NCBI RefSeq assembly: GCF_006345805.1
Contig: NC_043004.1
Coordinates: 43,276,001-43,340,000, forward strand
Length of the DNA: 64,000 nt
Direction of reading: 5' to 3'
From: Octopus sinensis
Lineage: Eukaryota
Shown one piece after another: positions 1 to 13,625 of the stretch. The position numbers were made by a program, and so were the translations under genes. The notes under the pieces were generated by a model that saw only the letters and a program-made list of their open reading frames with translations, made no database searches and was not told the origin of the DNA. Positions within the stretch are counted from its first letter, which is position 1. Each line of letters begins with the position of its first letter.

Positions 1-401
1 ATATTATACCAGTGTTGAATGGTGTCACCAAATTGATGAAGGGATTTTGTTATGCATATTCTACCACGATAAAATCATCATGTTCGGAATTTAGAGACCA
101 GTTATATTTGATCTCAGACCCTTTACAAATACGTTGATGAAATGAGAGTTAAGTGACATTACGCTATAATTAAATTCACGTCATCTGTTTCCTGCGATTT
201 GGGACATGAGAGATTGAAGTATATAGATCAGGTGTAGCGATTGTCTTTAGATTTTAGTTTGACGAAATGGATGATGGTGTCCATTTTCGTTCAGTCACCG
301 AGCAAGGAATATATCAGAGTCTACCAAAGTATACTGTTGATTTCTTTAGTTGGTGCAATGAAACAGTGTTGTTTTGGAAACAAAATTTATAAATTTGCAC
401 A

Positions 402-806
402 CAGGAGTGACTGTGTGGTAAATAGCTTGTATACCAGCCACATGGTTTCGGGTTCAGTCCCATTGCGTGGCACCTTGGGCAAGTGACTTCTGCTATAGCC
501 TCGGGCCGACCAAAGCCTTGTGAGTGGATTTGGTAGACAGAAACTGAAAGAAGCCCGTCGTATATATGCATATATATATATGTGTGCGTGTGTGTTTGTG
601 TTTGTCCCCTTAGCATTGCTTGACAACCGATGCTGGTGTGTTTATGTCCCGTCACTTAGCGGGTCAGCAAAGTAAACCGATAGAATAAGTACTGGGCTTA
701 CAAAGAATAAGACCCGGGGTCGAGTTGCTCGATTAAAGGCGGTGCTCCAGCATGGCCGCAGTCAAATGACTGAAACAAGTAAAAGAGTAAAAGAGAGAGT
801 AAAGAG
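402..806 (+). mobile_element. tRNA-derived SINE, family A (internal TA/TG microsatellite, AAAAGAG tail)
   Basis: A-box-like TGACTGTGTGG and B-box-like GGTTCAGTCCC; body and tail recur at 18849, 23028, 31345, 41505, 44100. Confidence 0.85.
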
Positions 807-1569
807 TATATAATTATTAGAAATAAAAGAAGCTTTCAGTGCAGCACTTTGTGTGATGATGCATACTTTCATGCTATGCAACAGATATTTTTCAAATAAA
901 ATATATTTTCTCTTGATTGTGGATAGTTTTGATGCTAGTCGTTTAATATATTAATTTTTCATGAAGACATTTGATTTTCCTGTTTAGTGTTCCATTTTTT
1001 GTGTGCATTGTGAGCCTACTTGTATTTTTATTAATACTATTTGCTAAAAAGTGATTTAATATGCAATGCTGAAAACAATTTTCTTTTTGTTCGTCTCTAT
1101 TCCTACAATAACAGGAGTGCGATAAACAAAACACTTTGTCTAAAAGCATTACCTACCCGTAAAATAGTTACATTATATATTATAGTATATTATATTATTT
1201 ACATTGCTAAGAAATTGCAGAACAAATAACATTCTATATACTTTCAGCTCAGAACGCAGTGTTAGTCAAGTATAGAGTGCAATAGGAGAAGATCACAAAT
1301 GAATAAACGATTATGTTATTAACTTCATAAACTCCAAGCCCGTTCTTCTGTAATATGCAACATCATGTTGCTTCACGAAAGCTTATTGGTCATGATTTCA
1401 TCATATTCGACGCGGCTGTGATGAAGCTACAAAGTGTTACTTAGACAATTAACTATGATTTCGCTATATATTATACCAAAAACAGCTGAGAGCTCATTAA
1501 GTTAGTAAGATAGTCACCGGTTCCCTTCTCATTTCATTTTCTGATACATACATGCATACACACACACAG

Positions 1570-1652
<83 letters not shown>

Positions 1653-1837
1653 GTTAATCCAAACAAGAAAACACACAAAAAAAACACAGCAACGTGAGGA
1701 CGTGGAACAAATAAAGTATTATTGGACGCTCAGGAAAGAAGGGAAGGAGGGTTTAACGTTTCGAGCGGAGCTCTTCGAAGGAAACAAAGGAGAAGGAAAG
1801 ATCCCGAGAAGGGAAGACAGAAGAAAAAAAATTGCTG

Positions 1838-1840
<3 letters not shown>
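1653..1840 (-). mobile_element. PLE 3' terminal (pLTR) fragment with degenerate hammerhead motif
   Basis: Flanked by (TA)n on both sides; minus strand reads GTTT-CCTTCGA-A-GAGC TCC GCTC-GAAA-CGTTA-AAC; similar to 21483-21560. Confidence 0.65.
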
Positions 1841-1874
<34 letters not shown>

Positions 1875-2770
1875 TTAGTAGACTTGAGATCTGACCGTAT
1901 ATGTTTTAACTTTTGACGAAAGCAGTAACATTCGCAGAAAAGAAGCGATAACAGCAAATCAACTAATTTTCAAATGAAATTTGCTTAAATTAGTTCTCAT
2001 AGTAAATATTGAACAATACATCTCCACCCGTAATAGATTTTGTCTTTATGCTAAATTTTAAATACCAGTATTAATATTCATATCTCGAAATGTGTAATAG
2101 GCTTTTAGCGTTGGCCATATTTGCTCAGGGCACTTCCTTATTTCAAGACTGATGTGTGTATAAAATGTAAGAAATAATAAATACAATCAACGTTTGCACG
2201 CTTTTTCCTTTTCAAAATATTATATTAAATTAATTTAAGAAAAAATAAATTGCAAACGAATTTTATTCTTGTGTTTATATCTTTCCTTGCTTCTTTATGC
2301 AGCAGAGAAATAATCATATTATATATTTATATTTTTAATGTTTTTTCTACAGTGTTAATAAAATTATATACTATAATTAGAAACAAGACATTATTAAAAT
2401 TCAATGCCGAGAATTTTGCGTCATGGGCCATATTATAACGACTTCCGATATTTCTAGTATTAAGCAAATCAAATTAGCATTAATAAGAAGTATATGTATG
2501 AGAAGTTTTACTCACACACAAAGACACACACATATACACACACACATACACACACACAAACACACACACAAACACACACACACATACACGCAGTCAGTCA
2601 CCCATTCACTCGAACACATAAACACACACAAACGCGCGTGCAGATTTATAAACGTCTATATATATGTATATATGTATATAAATAGATACATAAATACACA
2701 CATATATGCGCAGGTTCCTTGATTTAATTATACGCACAAAATACATATACCTATGCATACTTACATACAT

Positions 2771-2838
<68 letters not shown>

Positions 2839-3383
2839 ATATGCATATTCCCACATGTACATTTACTTATATGTAAAATATTTATGTCTTCCACAATTGG
2901 CCAGTATATATATATGTGTGTATGTGACTGTGTGTCAGTGTGTGCCCGCCTGTCTATCGGAATGTGTATGTGCGTGTGGGAATGTAAATTTCTTTGAAAC
3001 ATTATATAAGTATGTCCCTGTGATATACAAAACAGCGAAGCCGGGTCGGTAAATGTGGAATTTTATAAGCAACAGACTACGTATGTTTATGATGACGTTC
3101 AAGTGTATATCCACACATATATTTTGTCTACGAAAATCAATCTCACTCATATTCACATATACACACAGACACACAAACTCACGCCCACACTGGGAAACAC
3201 ACAAAAAGTCGGACACATATATTCGTTTAAATTTGTATGTATATATATATATAATATATATATATATATATAAATATAAGCATATATATATATATATATG
3301 TTAAATACATATTTTCATGTATATATATAAGCATATATATATATATATGTTAAATACATATTTTCATGTATATATACATAAGC

Positions 3384-3439
<56 letters not shown>

Positions 3440-3454
3440 CATAATTATATGTTA

Positions 3455-3487
<33 letters not shown>

Positions 3488-3542
3488 TTATATATATTTA
3501 TATATATATTTATATATATATATATATAATATATATATATAA

Positions 3543-3576
<34 letters not shown>

Positions 3577-4060
3577 ATACATACATACATACATACGTAC
3601 ATATATATGAATGTATAAATGTATGTATATGTTTATATAGGTGTACATGCATCTGATTTGATATGTACGTTGTATATGTGCGTATACATGGTTGCATGTA
3701 CTCATTTATTTGCCTTCATAATTGCATGATTAAGAATTGAGCGGCGGAAATGCTGTCGTGTCACGTAAATGGACTAAACCTGTAAAAGTCAAAGCTGTTA
3801 TATTTCAACGATTTGCAAAGTATTCAGGAGTTTTAATAATTTGACAGCTTCCAACAATAAGCTTAAAGCAATTTTCTACAATCTTCTGAACAGTTAGAAT
3901 ATTTTATTCATTAAATTGTACCACAAACTTTAATGGGGTTTTGTAACTACAACGCAGCACAATAATTAATGTAAGAGTTATCTATTATTATATTTATATA
4001 CATGTGTGTGTATAAGCGGATGTATATTAATGTATATACACGAGTGTGTACACACACATG

Positions 4061-4097
<37 letters not shown>

Positions 4098-4253
4098 ATA
4101 TATATATACGTATATATGTATATATATCCCTCAGTCTAAGTATTATCTACCTATCTATCTATTTCTTTATCTATCTACCTCTTCCTATATATAGATAGAT
4201 AGATTGATAGATAAAGAGATAGATAGATATACATATATGTACGTACATATATG

Positions 4254-4304
<51 letters not shown>

Positions 4305-4385
4305 TATATTTATGTATATATATATGTATTATATTATATATATATATGTATATATACATATATATATATATTTATATATATATAC

Positions 4386-4454
<69 letters not shown>

Positions 4455-4574
4455 CCATACATTTGAAACGCACAGTAGATATAACAGGGGATACAGGAAA
4501 CGTTCTCTATTTGGTCTGTCTCGCTCATTTTGTTCACGTATTTTATGACGTCCTGTGCCCATATATGCATGCAT

Positions 4575-4627
<53 letters not shown>

Positions 4628-4703
4628 CCGGAGTAAACACATAAATGTGAAACAAGGTGGAAAATAGAATACTCAAATACCAGTGGTAGAGTAATATGCT
4701 TTA

Positions 4704-4850
4704 TTTAAAAGCAGAAGAAAATTCAACAAAACCTGTTACTCTGAGTATCACGTTCCCGTTCGTCGGACATATTCTAGCAAAAACTGTCCGACGAACGGGA
4801 ACGTGAAACTCAGAGTAACAGGTTTTGTTGAATTTTCTGCTGCTTTTAAA
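4704..4850. repeat. Inverted repeat, 66-bp arms, 15-bp spacer
   Basis: Arms 4704-4769 and 4785-4850 differ at 2 positions. Confidence 0.95.
4779..4826 (+). ncRNA. Type-I hammerhead ribozyme-like motif (core CCGACGA)
   Basis: CTGT-CCGACGA-ACG GGAA CGT-GAAA-CTC A GAG-TA-ACAG: stems I, II and III all pair; GUA cleavage triplet. Confidence 0.7.
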
Positions 4851-4912
4851 GAATGTTTATATATATATATATATATATATATAGGCTTGTCCATGTATGT
4901 GTATGTATATGC

Positions 4913-4967
<55 letters not shown>

Positions 4968-5058
4968 CTTGTCCATGTATGTGTATGTATATGCATTTAT
5001 ATATATATATATATATTATATATATATATTAAGCTTTATATATATACACTATACATAT

Positions 5059-5115
<57 letters not shown>

Positions 5116-5562
5116 ATATATATATATTTATGTATGTATGTATGGAAAATTACGGGGAGAGACAAACGAAGAGCTGGTATACCTTACAGCCTTCCTTGAC
5201 AATGCATTTCAATTACGAAATGGCAACTGGAATTAGTACTATAGGACGAGGAATATAATGACGGGATCCCAGAATTGTTCGAAAGTGAGGTACGTGTACT
5301 TAAAATAATCTTCTTATGCCCTACTTGTAATTACATACTCATGGTCACTGTTTCGTCATCAACACCACATTTGTCGTGCCGATGATGGCATTTGACTACT
5401 AAGGATATAGACTTATTTTGTATGAGGCATTTTGTATGAGAAATGCATATTTATGGCTAATTTAACTTGAATAACTGAAACAATAATCAGCTAAGATATA
5501 TAACCAGTATGTTCATGGACATCAGCTATTTGTATATCGTCTAAACGTCAATATATCTTTGT

Positions 5563-5957
5563 AGGAGACGCAATGGCCCAGTGGCCCAGTGGTTAGGGCA
5601 GCGGACTCGCGGTCATAGGATCGCGGTTTCGATTCCCAGACCGGGCGTTGTGAGTGTTTATTGAGCGAAAACACCTAAAGCTCCACAAGTCTCCGGCAGG
5701 GGATGGTGGTGATCCCTGCTGTACTCTTTCACCACAACTTTCTCTCGCTCTTACTTCCTGTTTCTGTTGTACCTGTATCTCAAAGGGCCGGTCTTGTTAC
5801 TCTCTGTGTCACGCTGAATATCCCCGAGAACTACGTTAAGGGTACACGTGTCTGTGGAGTGCTCAGCCACTTACACGTTAATTTCACGAGCAGGCTGTTC
5901 CGTTGATTCGGATCAACCGGAACCCTCGTCGTCGTAACCGACGGAGTGCTTCCATCC
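5563..5957 (+). mobile_element. tRNA-derived SINE, family B (tRNA-Arg-like head)
   Basis: TGGCCCAGTGG A box (locally duplicated), TTCGATTCCC B box, CTCG in the anticodon-like loop; same head at 56892 and 25427(-). Confidence 0.85.
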
Positions 5958-6405
5958 ATATCTTTGTGTATGTGAATGCGTTTATGAATGTGTATTAGTG
6001 TTATTGCTCTATAAGCATGGAAACCTTTGTCACTGTTCCAATTTAGTTACATGAAAATACTTCACTTAGGCTAATAGTGTAACTCTTGTCCTTTCTTATC
6101 TCTTACTATTTACATCTCTTATGTACAACTACCGCCTCGTTTTTTATACTATTTATGCACTTCATTGAAGCGTTGCAGCTTTATTTTTAAATCACTTATT
6201 AAAATAATGTACATATGAAGGTTATGTTTCTGGAGCTGAAAGGACGTTTTCACTTTTCATTACACACAACCGTGCATATTGCTGCAGTTAACTGAGTTCC
6301 TTGTTCCTTTCATCAATGTCTTCATTACATGGCAGGTAACTAAGTTAGGAACAACTCGAATATAACTAAGCAACAGGCTAACAAGGTGACGTATTCGAAG
6401 ATAAT

Positions 6406-6625
6406 GCGCATAGCTCAGTAGTTAGACCGTAGGGCTCACAATGAGGTGGTGATTTCGATTATCGGACGGGTGGGGGTTATATTCTTGAGCAACATACTTT
6501 ATTTCACGTTCCTCCAGGTCATTCGGCTGTAGAAGTGAGGTGCAATGTCAATTGAGGCAAAATGCATCGTTGTTTACCTTTCCCTTGGGTAACATCCATG
6601 GCGTAGCGAAGATAGGCTGGAAAGC
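6406..6625 (+). mobile_element. Degenerate SINE, family C
   Basis: TAGCTCAGTAG A-box-like; CTTGAGCAACATACTTTATTTCACGTT core matches the reverse complement of 45526-45553. Confidence 0.6.
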
Positions 6626-7806
6626 ATGGACGGCTGCATTTGTATAACATTTGTCATATGAAAACAAGCAACTTCGTATCAACAGCAGCTGATGATCACT
6701 TATCAGAAGCAAAATGAAATAACTTGTTAAATAGCGGAAATGGGAAAAGGAATGATTGTAAGAGCAAAACAAGTGAAGTGAGCAAAATTCCTGCGTTCAG
6801 CACTGTTCATTTGGAGATGAGCCTGTAGTGTAGTATCAGGCCTGATATAGCACGGATTGTTGAAAGTTTCAACAATCAAGAATTCAAGTATTTGAGGGGA
6901 TCAGTATTAATTAATTTATTGCATTTAAACACTTGTAGCGTGATGATTAAGGATAATCGAAGTAAATGACTATCGATAGGTGTTATATTAAAATTAAGCT
7001 AGTATTGATATCAGTTAAAATACTTAGGGAAGTTAATGTTGAATCTATTTATACGTATCGTTAATATTCTTGTGAAATAGATGCAATAAAAATGTAATTT
7101 ATTTTTATTTTAGAAGATCTAGTATATGAATAATTGCTGCCTTGTCAAAAAGGGAATTATCATATATATATATCTAACAATTAATGATTCATAAATGGTA
7201 ATTGATATATCTGAATTAAAACATACATCTAAAGAATAATAATTTATAATGGGTAGTACAAAGAATCTTTATGTCAATTAATGGACTAGTTGTGGTGATA
7301 TTATTAAAGGCTGATAAAATCAAATGTCTATATTTTAGAATTTAACTCAAATTAAGCTTGACGACAGAGCTGCAAAAATATTTAGGTAAAATAGTGTTGA
7401 AACACACATTCACGTATACTTATAGTGTAAAGTATAATTAATAAAAATACATTTGGTATTTGGTAGTGTGAAGGGGAAAGTAAATATTTATATTTTTAAG
7501 GTATGCTTAGACATGCATCATATATTTTCAGCATATATTTTCGCATGCATCATATATCTAAAATGTGTTTTCACATGCATCTAGAAAATTATACGACGGT
7601 ATATATTTTACGATATATTACTTAAGTAAAATATTATTTCATAGCAGACAGTTATACGAGGAGCATTTTACGACTCGGAATTTTATCTAGGATAAATCTG
7701 AATGATATACCATTGGTTCGGAGAGCGTTGAAAGATTATTTAATGCTAGACGTTAGAACCCCATATTTAGAAGTTCTATATTGCAAGCAGTAGTGTAATA
7801 TAAGTA

Positions 7807-10007
7807 ACAAGAGCACTAATCGAGTGCAAACGTCCACCAATGTTTCTTTATTTTGGCACTAGGGCCACAACACAGAGGGGACACTACGAAAACAGACAAT
7901 ACCACAATGGGGTCAAAAATCATAAAACGAATGTAAATGAGATGTTATATAAAAATGAAAAATGAAATGGCTTCATGGGCTCCAGTCCTATGTAGTATCA
8001 TTTGAATGTTTATATAAACTATTTACAATCGTTCTATTATGTTATTGTTTTTTCTTAACCTAGCTTTTTCCTCTTTTTTTAAATGAAACAATTTTATTTC
8101 TTCCTTTTGTCTTCAATAAAACAATTTTACTTACTATTTACTTTTTTAATATCTCATGAAAGGTTCTAAATCTTTTAGCGTCACTACTGGTGCCAATTCA
8201 TCGAACTCTACCATCAGTTCTGACGGGTCAATCCCTTCTCCACACACGTCATTTAGTCTATTGTAGGTGTCCTTGTCAACCACGACGGCCTTCACATTCT
8301 CACTACACATCCGTGGGCAAATATTTCCTGCAACCGTCTTTCTGTTTCTTCCTCCAACAGCACCGCTTTCTCATCTCAATTGTACTCATTGTCAGCCTCT
8401 TTAACCCTTATTACAATTTTCTTTTCTTCCTCTAAAGTATTTTTGTAACTTCTCATAGTTCTTGCATATTTCCCCTTCGGCGACTATCTGCTGTTCCTCA
8501 CCACTCTCTTCCTCTGTTGCTGGTATTCCTGTCTTTGTTCGTCCTTTCTTCCCACTTTTATGTCTCTTCTTCTTCCGTCCTTCTTCCTCCTTACTAGTTA
8601 AAGGCAACTGTCTATGTGTTCGTTCCTCACTTGGCTCCCCATTCCTTCTTTTCTCGTTCTTGTTTTCCTCTGCCTTTCTTTTCTTCTTCGGGATTTTATG
8701 TGGGGATACCACATTACTCCTCTTTGTTTCTATCATTGCCTATTTTCCCAATATTCTCCTCCTCCGCTGTTGCACCCTCTTCTTCCTGACGTTCCTTCTC
8801 CGCTTCCGCTTGTTCGTGTTTCTGATAACACTTTACTTTCATGTCTCCCCTTACTACATATAAATAACATACCGGATATCTCCCTTCCACTAGAATTCAT
8901 AATATTGCCTCATCTGGTAGCACAAGCCCATCCGCAATTTTGTGGAGTACCGGCAGGCTTATATGGACCGACAGCTCCAGTCCATACCCCCAACAGTTCA
9001 GCTCCATCGTTCTCAATATCTTCAATACCTGTCTTCCCTGTGTTATAGAGGATGACTGCCACCAGCTACGCCTCATCAATTTCTGGAAGCACCCTAGCTA
9101 TTCTTACTCTGGCTGCACGTTTGCCACAGTAGGTAGGTAGCAGTGCCCACTCGTCTGATCCTAAAGGCACAGTGGAGCATTTCCTCGCTTCTTCTTCGCT
9201 TACGAAACGTACCACCACTGAGCCGTATTCCCTTCCTCTCGTGCAACATGTCGTTATATCCATTATCTCTCGTAGACACTCCTATACCGCTTCCTCCGCT
9301 GCTACTTCAATTTGTTTCGTTACCACATTCAACGTTCTATAAATAATTGCCCTATTTTCAGTTTTTTTTTCAAATATTTCTTTAGGGGGCGTCAACCTCA
9401 TGTTGTCCCTCTCCTCTCTCTTCGGCAAGCCATTATATATATATATTTTAATCCTCCTCCCTTAATTCGATTTCATGAACCTGCTGTACCTCTTCTGACA
9501 CGCCCTTGACAGTCACCGCAGGGTAATTGCTCGCTGGTTTGCTTTTCATGAGGGTATTACTCATAACTTCATCCAGTTCAACAATTCAGTGAATTAACAA
9601 TACAACAAAACCCACATTGAGTGGACACACTTCTCACACAGCTCGGAATCAAATGATTCGAAAAACAACACTAACGACAACGCCGGCGTACTCTCATCGA
9701 TTAGCCGGAGATGTTTGTTTTTTAAAATGAATATATCTTAAATTAACTCGAATGCTCTCATAAACGAGTATACTTAAAATGAACCCGTAGCTCTCAAAAA
9801 TAAATTTAAAAAAACCGAAATCCTTGTCAGGTACCGGATCGATACCAAAATATAATCAGTTTGTGCCAGTCACAAGGCCAAGCATCCCTGGTAGTTTCTC
9901 ACGAATCCATCCAGTGATTCTAGAGATATCTTGTCGACGGACTAACAAACAAACACAGAAACACGACTGAACAACAATGCGTCCGCCCTCGCTAAGGCGG
10001 AGGTAAT
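7807..10007 (+). mobile_element. Helentron-type non-autonomous element (HINE/DINE-1-like), split by a retroposon insertion
   Basis: 5' end AACAAGAGCAC...ACGTCCACC; 3' end with ACAA microsatellite, hairpin TCCGCC-8nt-GGCGGA and GGCGGAGGTAAT forming a subterminal inverted repeat with the 5' motif. Confidence 0.6.
7846..9710 (-). mobile_element. ORF1-only non-LTR retroposon (HAL1-like), decayed
   Basis: Minus-strand remnants SVVVRFVSEEEA, LLPTYCGKRAARVRIARV, VEGRYPVCYLCSK..H..KC zinc knuckle and a K/E-rich linker; tail ending AATAAAGAAA; ATGTTT at both junctions; no RT/EN seen. Confidence 0.7.
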
Positions 10008-12478
10008 TATTAGAATGCAAGTGTGAAATACTTTAATATCGGGGATCGCAGTTCAAATGACGATCCTATCTTATTTATGCTTTTCAAACGGCTGTCAGTA
10101 TACATCTGTTTATACTAGAGAAGAGGGTTAACTAGAGACTATTGTGAGAAAAACTAAACATAACGAAAGTGGTGGGAAAATATATAAATTACTACGATTA
10201 ACATATATGTATTACTTGAAAAAAGAAAAATAAACCGGCTATATAACACAAAAAAAAAACATTATGTCTCAAGTGATATCCTTACTACGTACAATTACAT
10301 ACCTGATAGTATTTTTCCAATACGAGTTTCAAGTGAGGTGAAAACAAACAGAAGCAGCTGTTATTAAAACAAAACAGAAGCGTACAAGACAGGATTCATA
10401 AGAAAACGAATTGATAACAAATTGTATCTCTATTGTGAATTGCTCAACATTCCCCAGTCTGAAAAGAGCACAGAAATTTTAGCTTGGCAGGAGCTCTGTA
10501 CACGAACACGCAAATACTCACGCACCCATGCAAACACACACGCACGCATACACACACACACACATGCATGTACACACATACACATGCACACACAGACTAC
10601 ACACACATATATACGCACACGCACACGAATACCCATAGCAACAATATGTATTGTTAATGACAGAATCACGAATGAAGGATGAGAGAGCCAGAATCGCTCT
10701 GTAGTTAGCCCTGTAACGCATCTCTTCTGTTTTGATTATTTCTCTGATTACAACGGCTCAACGTCTGCACAATGAGGGGAGATTGCGAAAATCTTCGAAA
10801 AGGTTTCTGGTGTATGACATCAACACAGAAGCAAGGAACAGATATGTAGCATGTGTAAGTTGGAGAAGAGGTTAAGAAGATATAGTTGGATTCTTCTAAT
10901 GTCTCATAAAGTATTCATGACTGAAATTATTAAACAATTATTAAACACGATTTATATTTAATGGGAAAATGTGACTTGTGTTGCGTGATTTATTCCCAGC
11001 TAATCAATGACATTCAAAATAGTAAACATTTCGGAATCCTGGAAGTTCTAGCCCATTCTTAGTCAGGTCTAATTAAAAATGAAACACGGTTTTGAATTTG
11101 AATGAATAAATATGTATGGCTTGAAGTAAATTTACATTCATAATAACTACAATTCATCAGGAAATTGAGAGATTAGCTTTTGTATCGCAATTTAGATAAA
11201 GTGCGAGTCAAATTTCGTGCAAAAGCACATCCTGCATATTGAAGCTGTCAACTGTTTTCCTCTGTAATTTTCTCAGTGATGAAACTGAATTTGTAGTTCA
11301 CTGCTGTTAATAGGTAAGATGCAAATGATCTATCCTGAGTGGGGAACCGGCTGAGTGTTTTGTAGTGTATATTAATGCTTACCGAACAAAGGTTTTCCAT
11401 AAGCATACCTATATGGCTAGAAACAGCAACGTTACACAACAGTTCGTAATTAATGTTACTCTATGGGAGAAATCAACAAAATTGATGTGAAGTATGATAA
11501 ATGTTAGAACATGTTATCATTATTACATATTATCATTATTACTCTCCGGAGTACTGCAAACAATTGAATATTTGTTTGATGATAGGAAAGTAGTTGCTGA
11601 CAAAATCTCACGTGAAGCCATTCTAACATGAAATCAGAAACACAGCGGATGAGTAAGATTACTTTTCAGGTGACATGCTGTTGAAGCAGAAAAAAAAAAC
11701 ACTACGAAAGTATTTACGTAATTCCTTGAATAAGCTTTCAAAAAAATCCAAACGGAATGCTTTATTTCTTTTCATTGGTTTTTGATTATCTAAATTAATT
11801 TCAAGGTAGTGTGCAACGCAGTTAATCTATTTATCTACGTATAAAATCTAAAGATGGATAAAGATCCTCTATATAATCTATAGAACGAAAACAACTGGTA
11901 TACTCTGACGACACTTTCTTCAAGATATAGGCGCTAACCAATGTAAAATATATTACAAGTACGGAAAATAAATTGCAAGTTTCTAATCTGTATATTGCTC
12001 TTAGAATGTTCGGTATGTTTATTTAGCGTAAATATTCTTGATGATATTGAAGATAACAAACCTTACCAGATTTTTTACTGCGTTACAGAGAGAACTGTTT
12101 AAAGTGAAATAATCAGAGCATTGGATTTTAAAAATGTATAAATGCCTACTTGTAATTAAATTCTTGAAAACTTTGTTTAACATGGTAGTAAATTACTTAA
12201 ATAATTATGAACACAAGTTTTGGGGATAGCAGAACCAAAATTCACAAACATATTTTGCATATAACACCAGTTTGTAAAGTAAGGTTACGACAAGAAGTAT
12301 TGCAAAACAATGCTAAACGTCAAGACTGAAATCTTAAATACACGCATATGTCCTAGTCCTGTGCGGTAGCCAGTTGTTAATCCTCAAGCTAGTCTGCCAA
12401 AATTATCGACCAGGTGTATTGAGTAGAGTACTTCCAGAAACAGTGCAGAGCGAAAGTGATATATATATATATATTGAA

Positions 12479-12518
<40 letters not shown>

Positions 12519-12652
12519 CGTGTGTGTGGTGTGTGTGTGTGTATATGTGTGTGTGTGTTTGTTTGTGTGTGTGTGTGTGTTTGTGTGTGTGTATGTAATG
12601 TAAGTGTATATATGTGTATGTATATATATATATGTATATATAATAAATATTA

Positions 12653-12830
12653 GGGAATAAATCCAAATTTACAGGGAAAAATCAGATTTAGGATTAAATC
12701 CAATTTTATAGTAAAATATTATATAATATTAATTAGAGACAAAACCATTATTTTGCAAAACAAACAAGGAAAGACTTAATCAATACATAAAATTTTAATA
12801 AAAAGTCAAAAAATTAATATTAATTAATAT
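12653..12830. mobile_element. Probable PLE terminal fragment between microsatellites
   Basis: A-rich insert bounded by (TA)n; AATTAGAGACAAAACCATTATT resembles the start of the 26368 insert. Confidence 0.35.
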
Positions 12831-12892
12831 TATATATGTATATATAATATATATATATATATATATAATATATATATATATATATAATATAT

Positions 12893-12937
<45 letters not shown>

Positions 12938-12999
12938 ATATATATATGAAAAACAAGTCAAAAATAGAAAATGCTTAAATAATTTTATAGTGAACATTT

Positions 13000-13037
13000 C
13001 AGTACCGGTTTCGGTCATTTTGAGACCTTTTCAACTG
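13000..13037 (-). ncRNA. Hammerhead-like motif with variant core TTGAAAA in PLE pLTR
   Basis: CAG-TTGAAAA-GGTC TCAAAAT GACC-GAAA-CCGG-TA-CTG. Confidence 0.5.
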
Positions 13038-13389
13038 TAACGATTAAATAATTAAATTTAGAAAAATTAGAAGAAAAGTTTTTTAAAAGAATATTTCTAT
13101 AGTAGTGTTCAGATTTAAGTGGCATTCTGCCTTTCTCTGACTCCCTTGTTTGCACTTGAGTGTTGGAGGTCGTTGTGAGTTTTTGGTAGGGTAGTAGAGG
13201 AAGAAGGCTGGTGAGGAAAGGGGGTGGGAGAATCTGGGAGTGCCCTGATGGTCGTATTTTGAATGGTCAGTGGCGGCTGGCAGTCTCAGTTCAATTCAGG
13301 AGAATATTTATATTGACAGGCTTGTTTATAGAATTAGCGTAGGTGTTATACTAAAAAACATTAGTGACAAAGTTAAGGGGTAGGGGTGG

Positions 13390-13625
13390 AGAAGTAGAAG
13401 AAGAAGAAGAAGAAGAAGAAGATGAAGAAGAAGGAGAAGGAGAAGATGACGATGATGGTGATGGTGGTGATGATTATAACGACGATGATGATGATAATGA
13501 TGATGATGAAGAAGAAGAAGAAGAAGGAGGAGAAGGAGAAGATGGTGGTGATGATGGTGGTGATGATGATGACGACGATGATGATGATAATGATGATGAT
13601 GAAGAAGAGAGGAAGAAGAAGAAAA
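13390..13625. repeat. Compound GAA/GAT/GGT trinucleotide repeat with internal duplication, inside the PLE 3' region
   Basis: Read directly; two similar GAA-GAT blocks. Confidence 0.9.

Noticed and set aside
1-390. Possible decayed coding sequence at the window start
   Set aside because: Short open stretches with no recognisable motif
2423-5258. Many YIYI/HTHT/CVCV-type ORFs here and throughout the window
   Set aside because: Stop-free translations of dinucleotide microsatellites
5570-5645. tRNA gene
   Set aside because: SINE head; no complete cloverleaf and it continues into the repeat body
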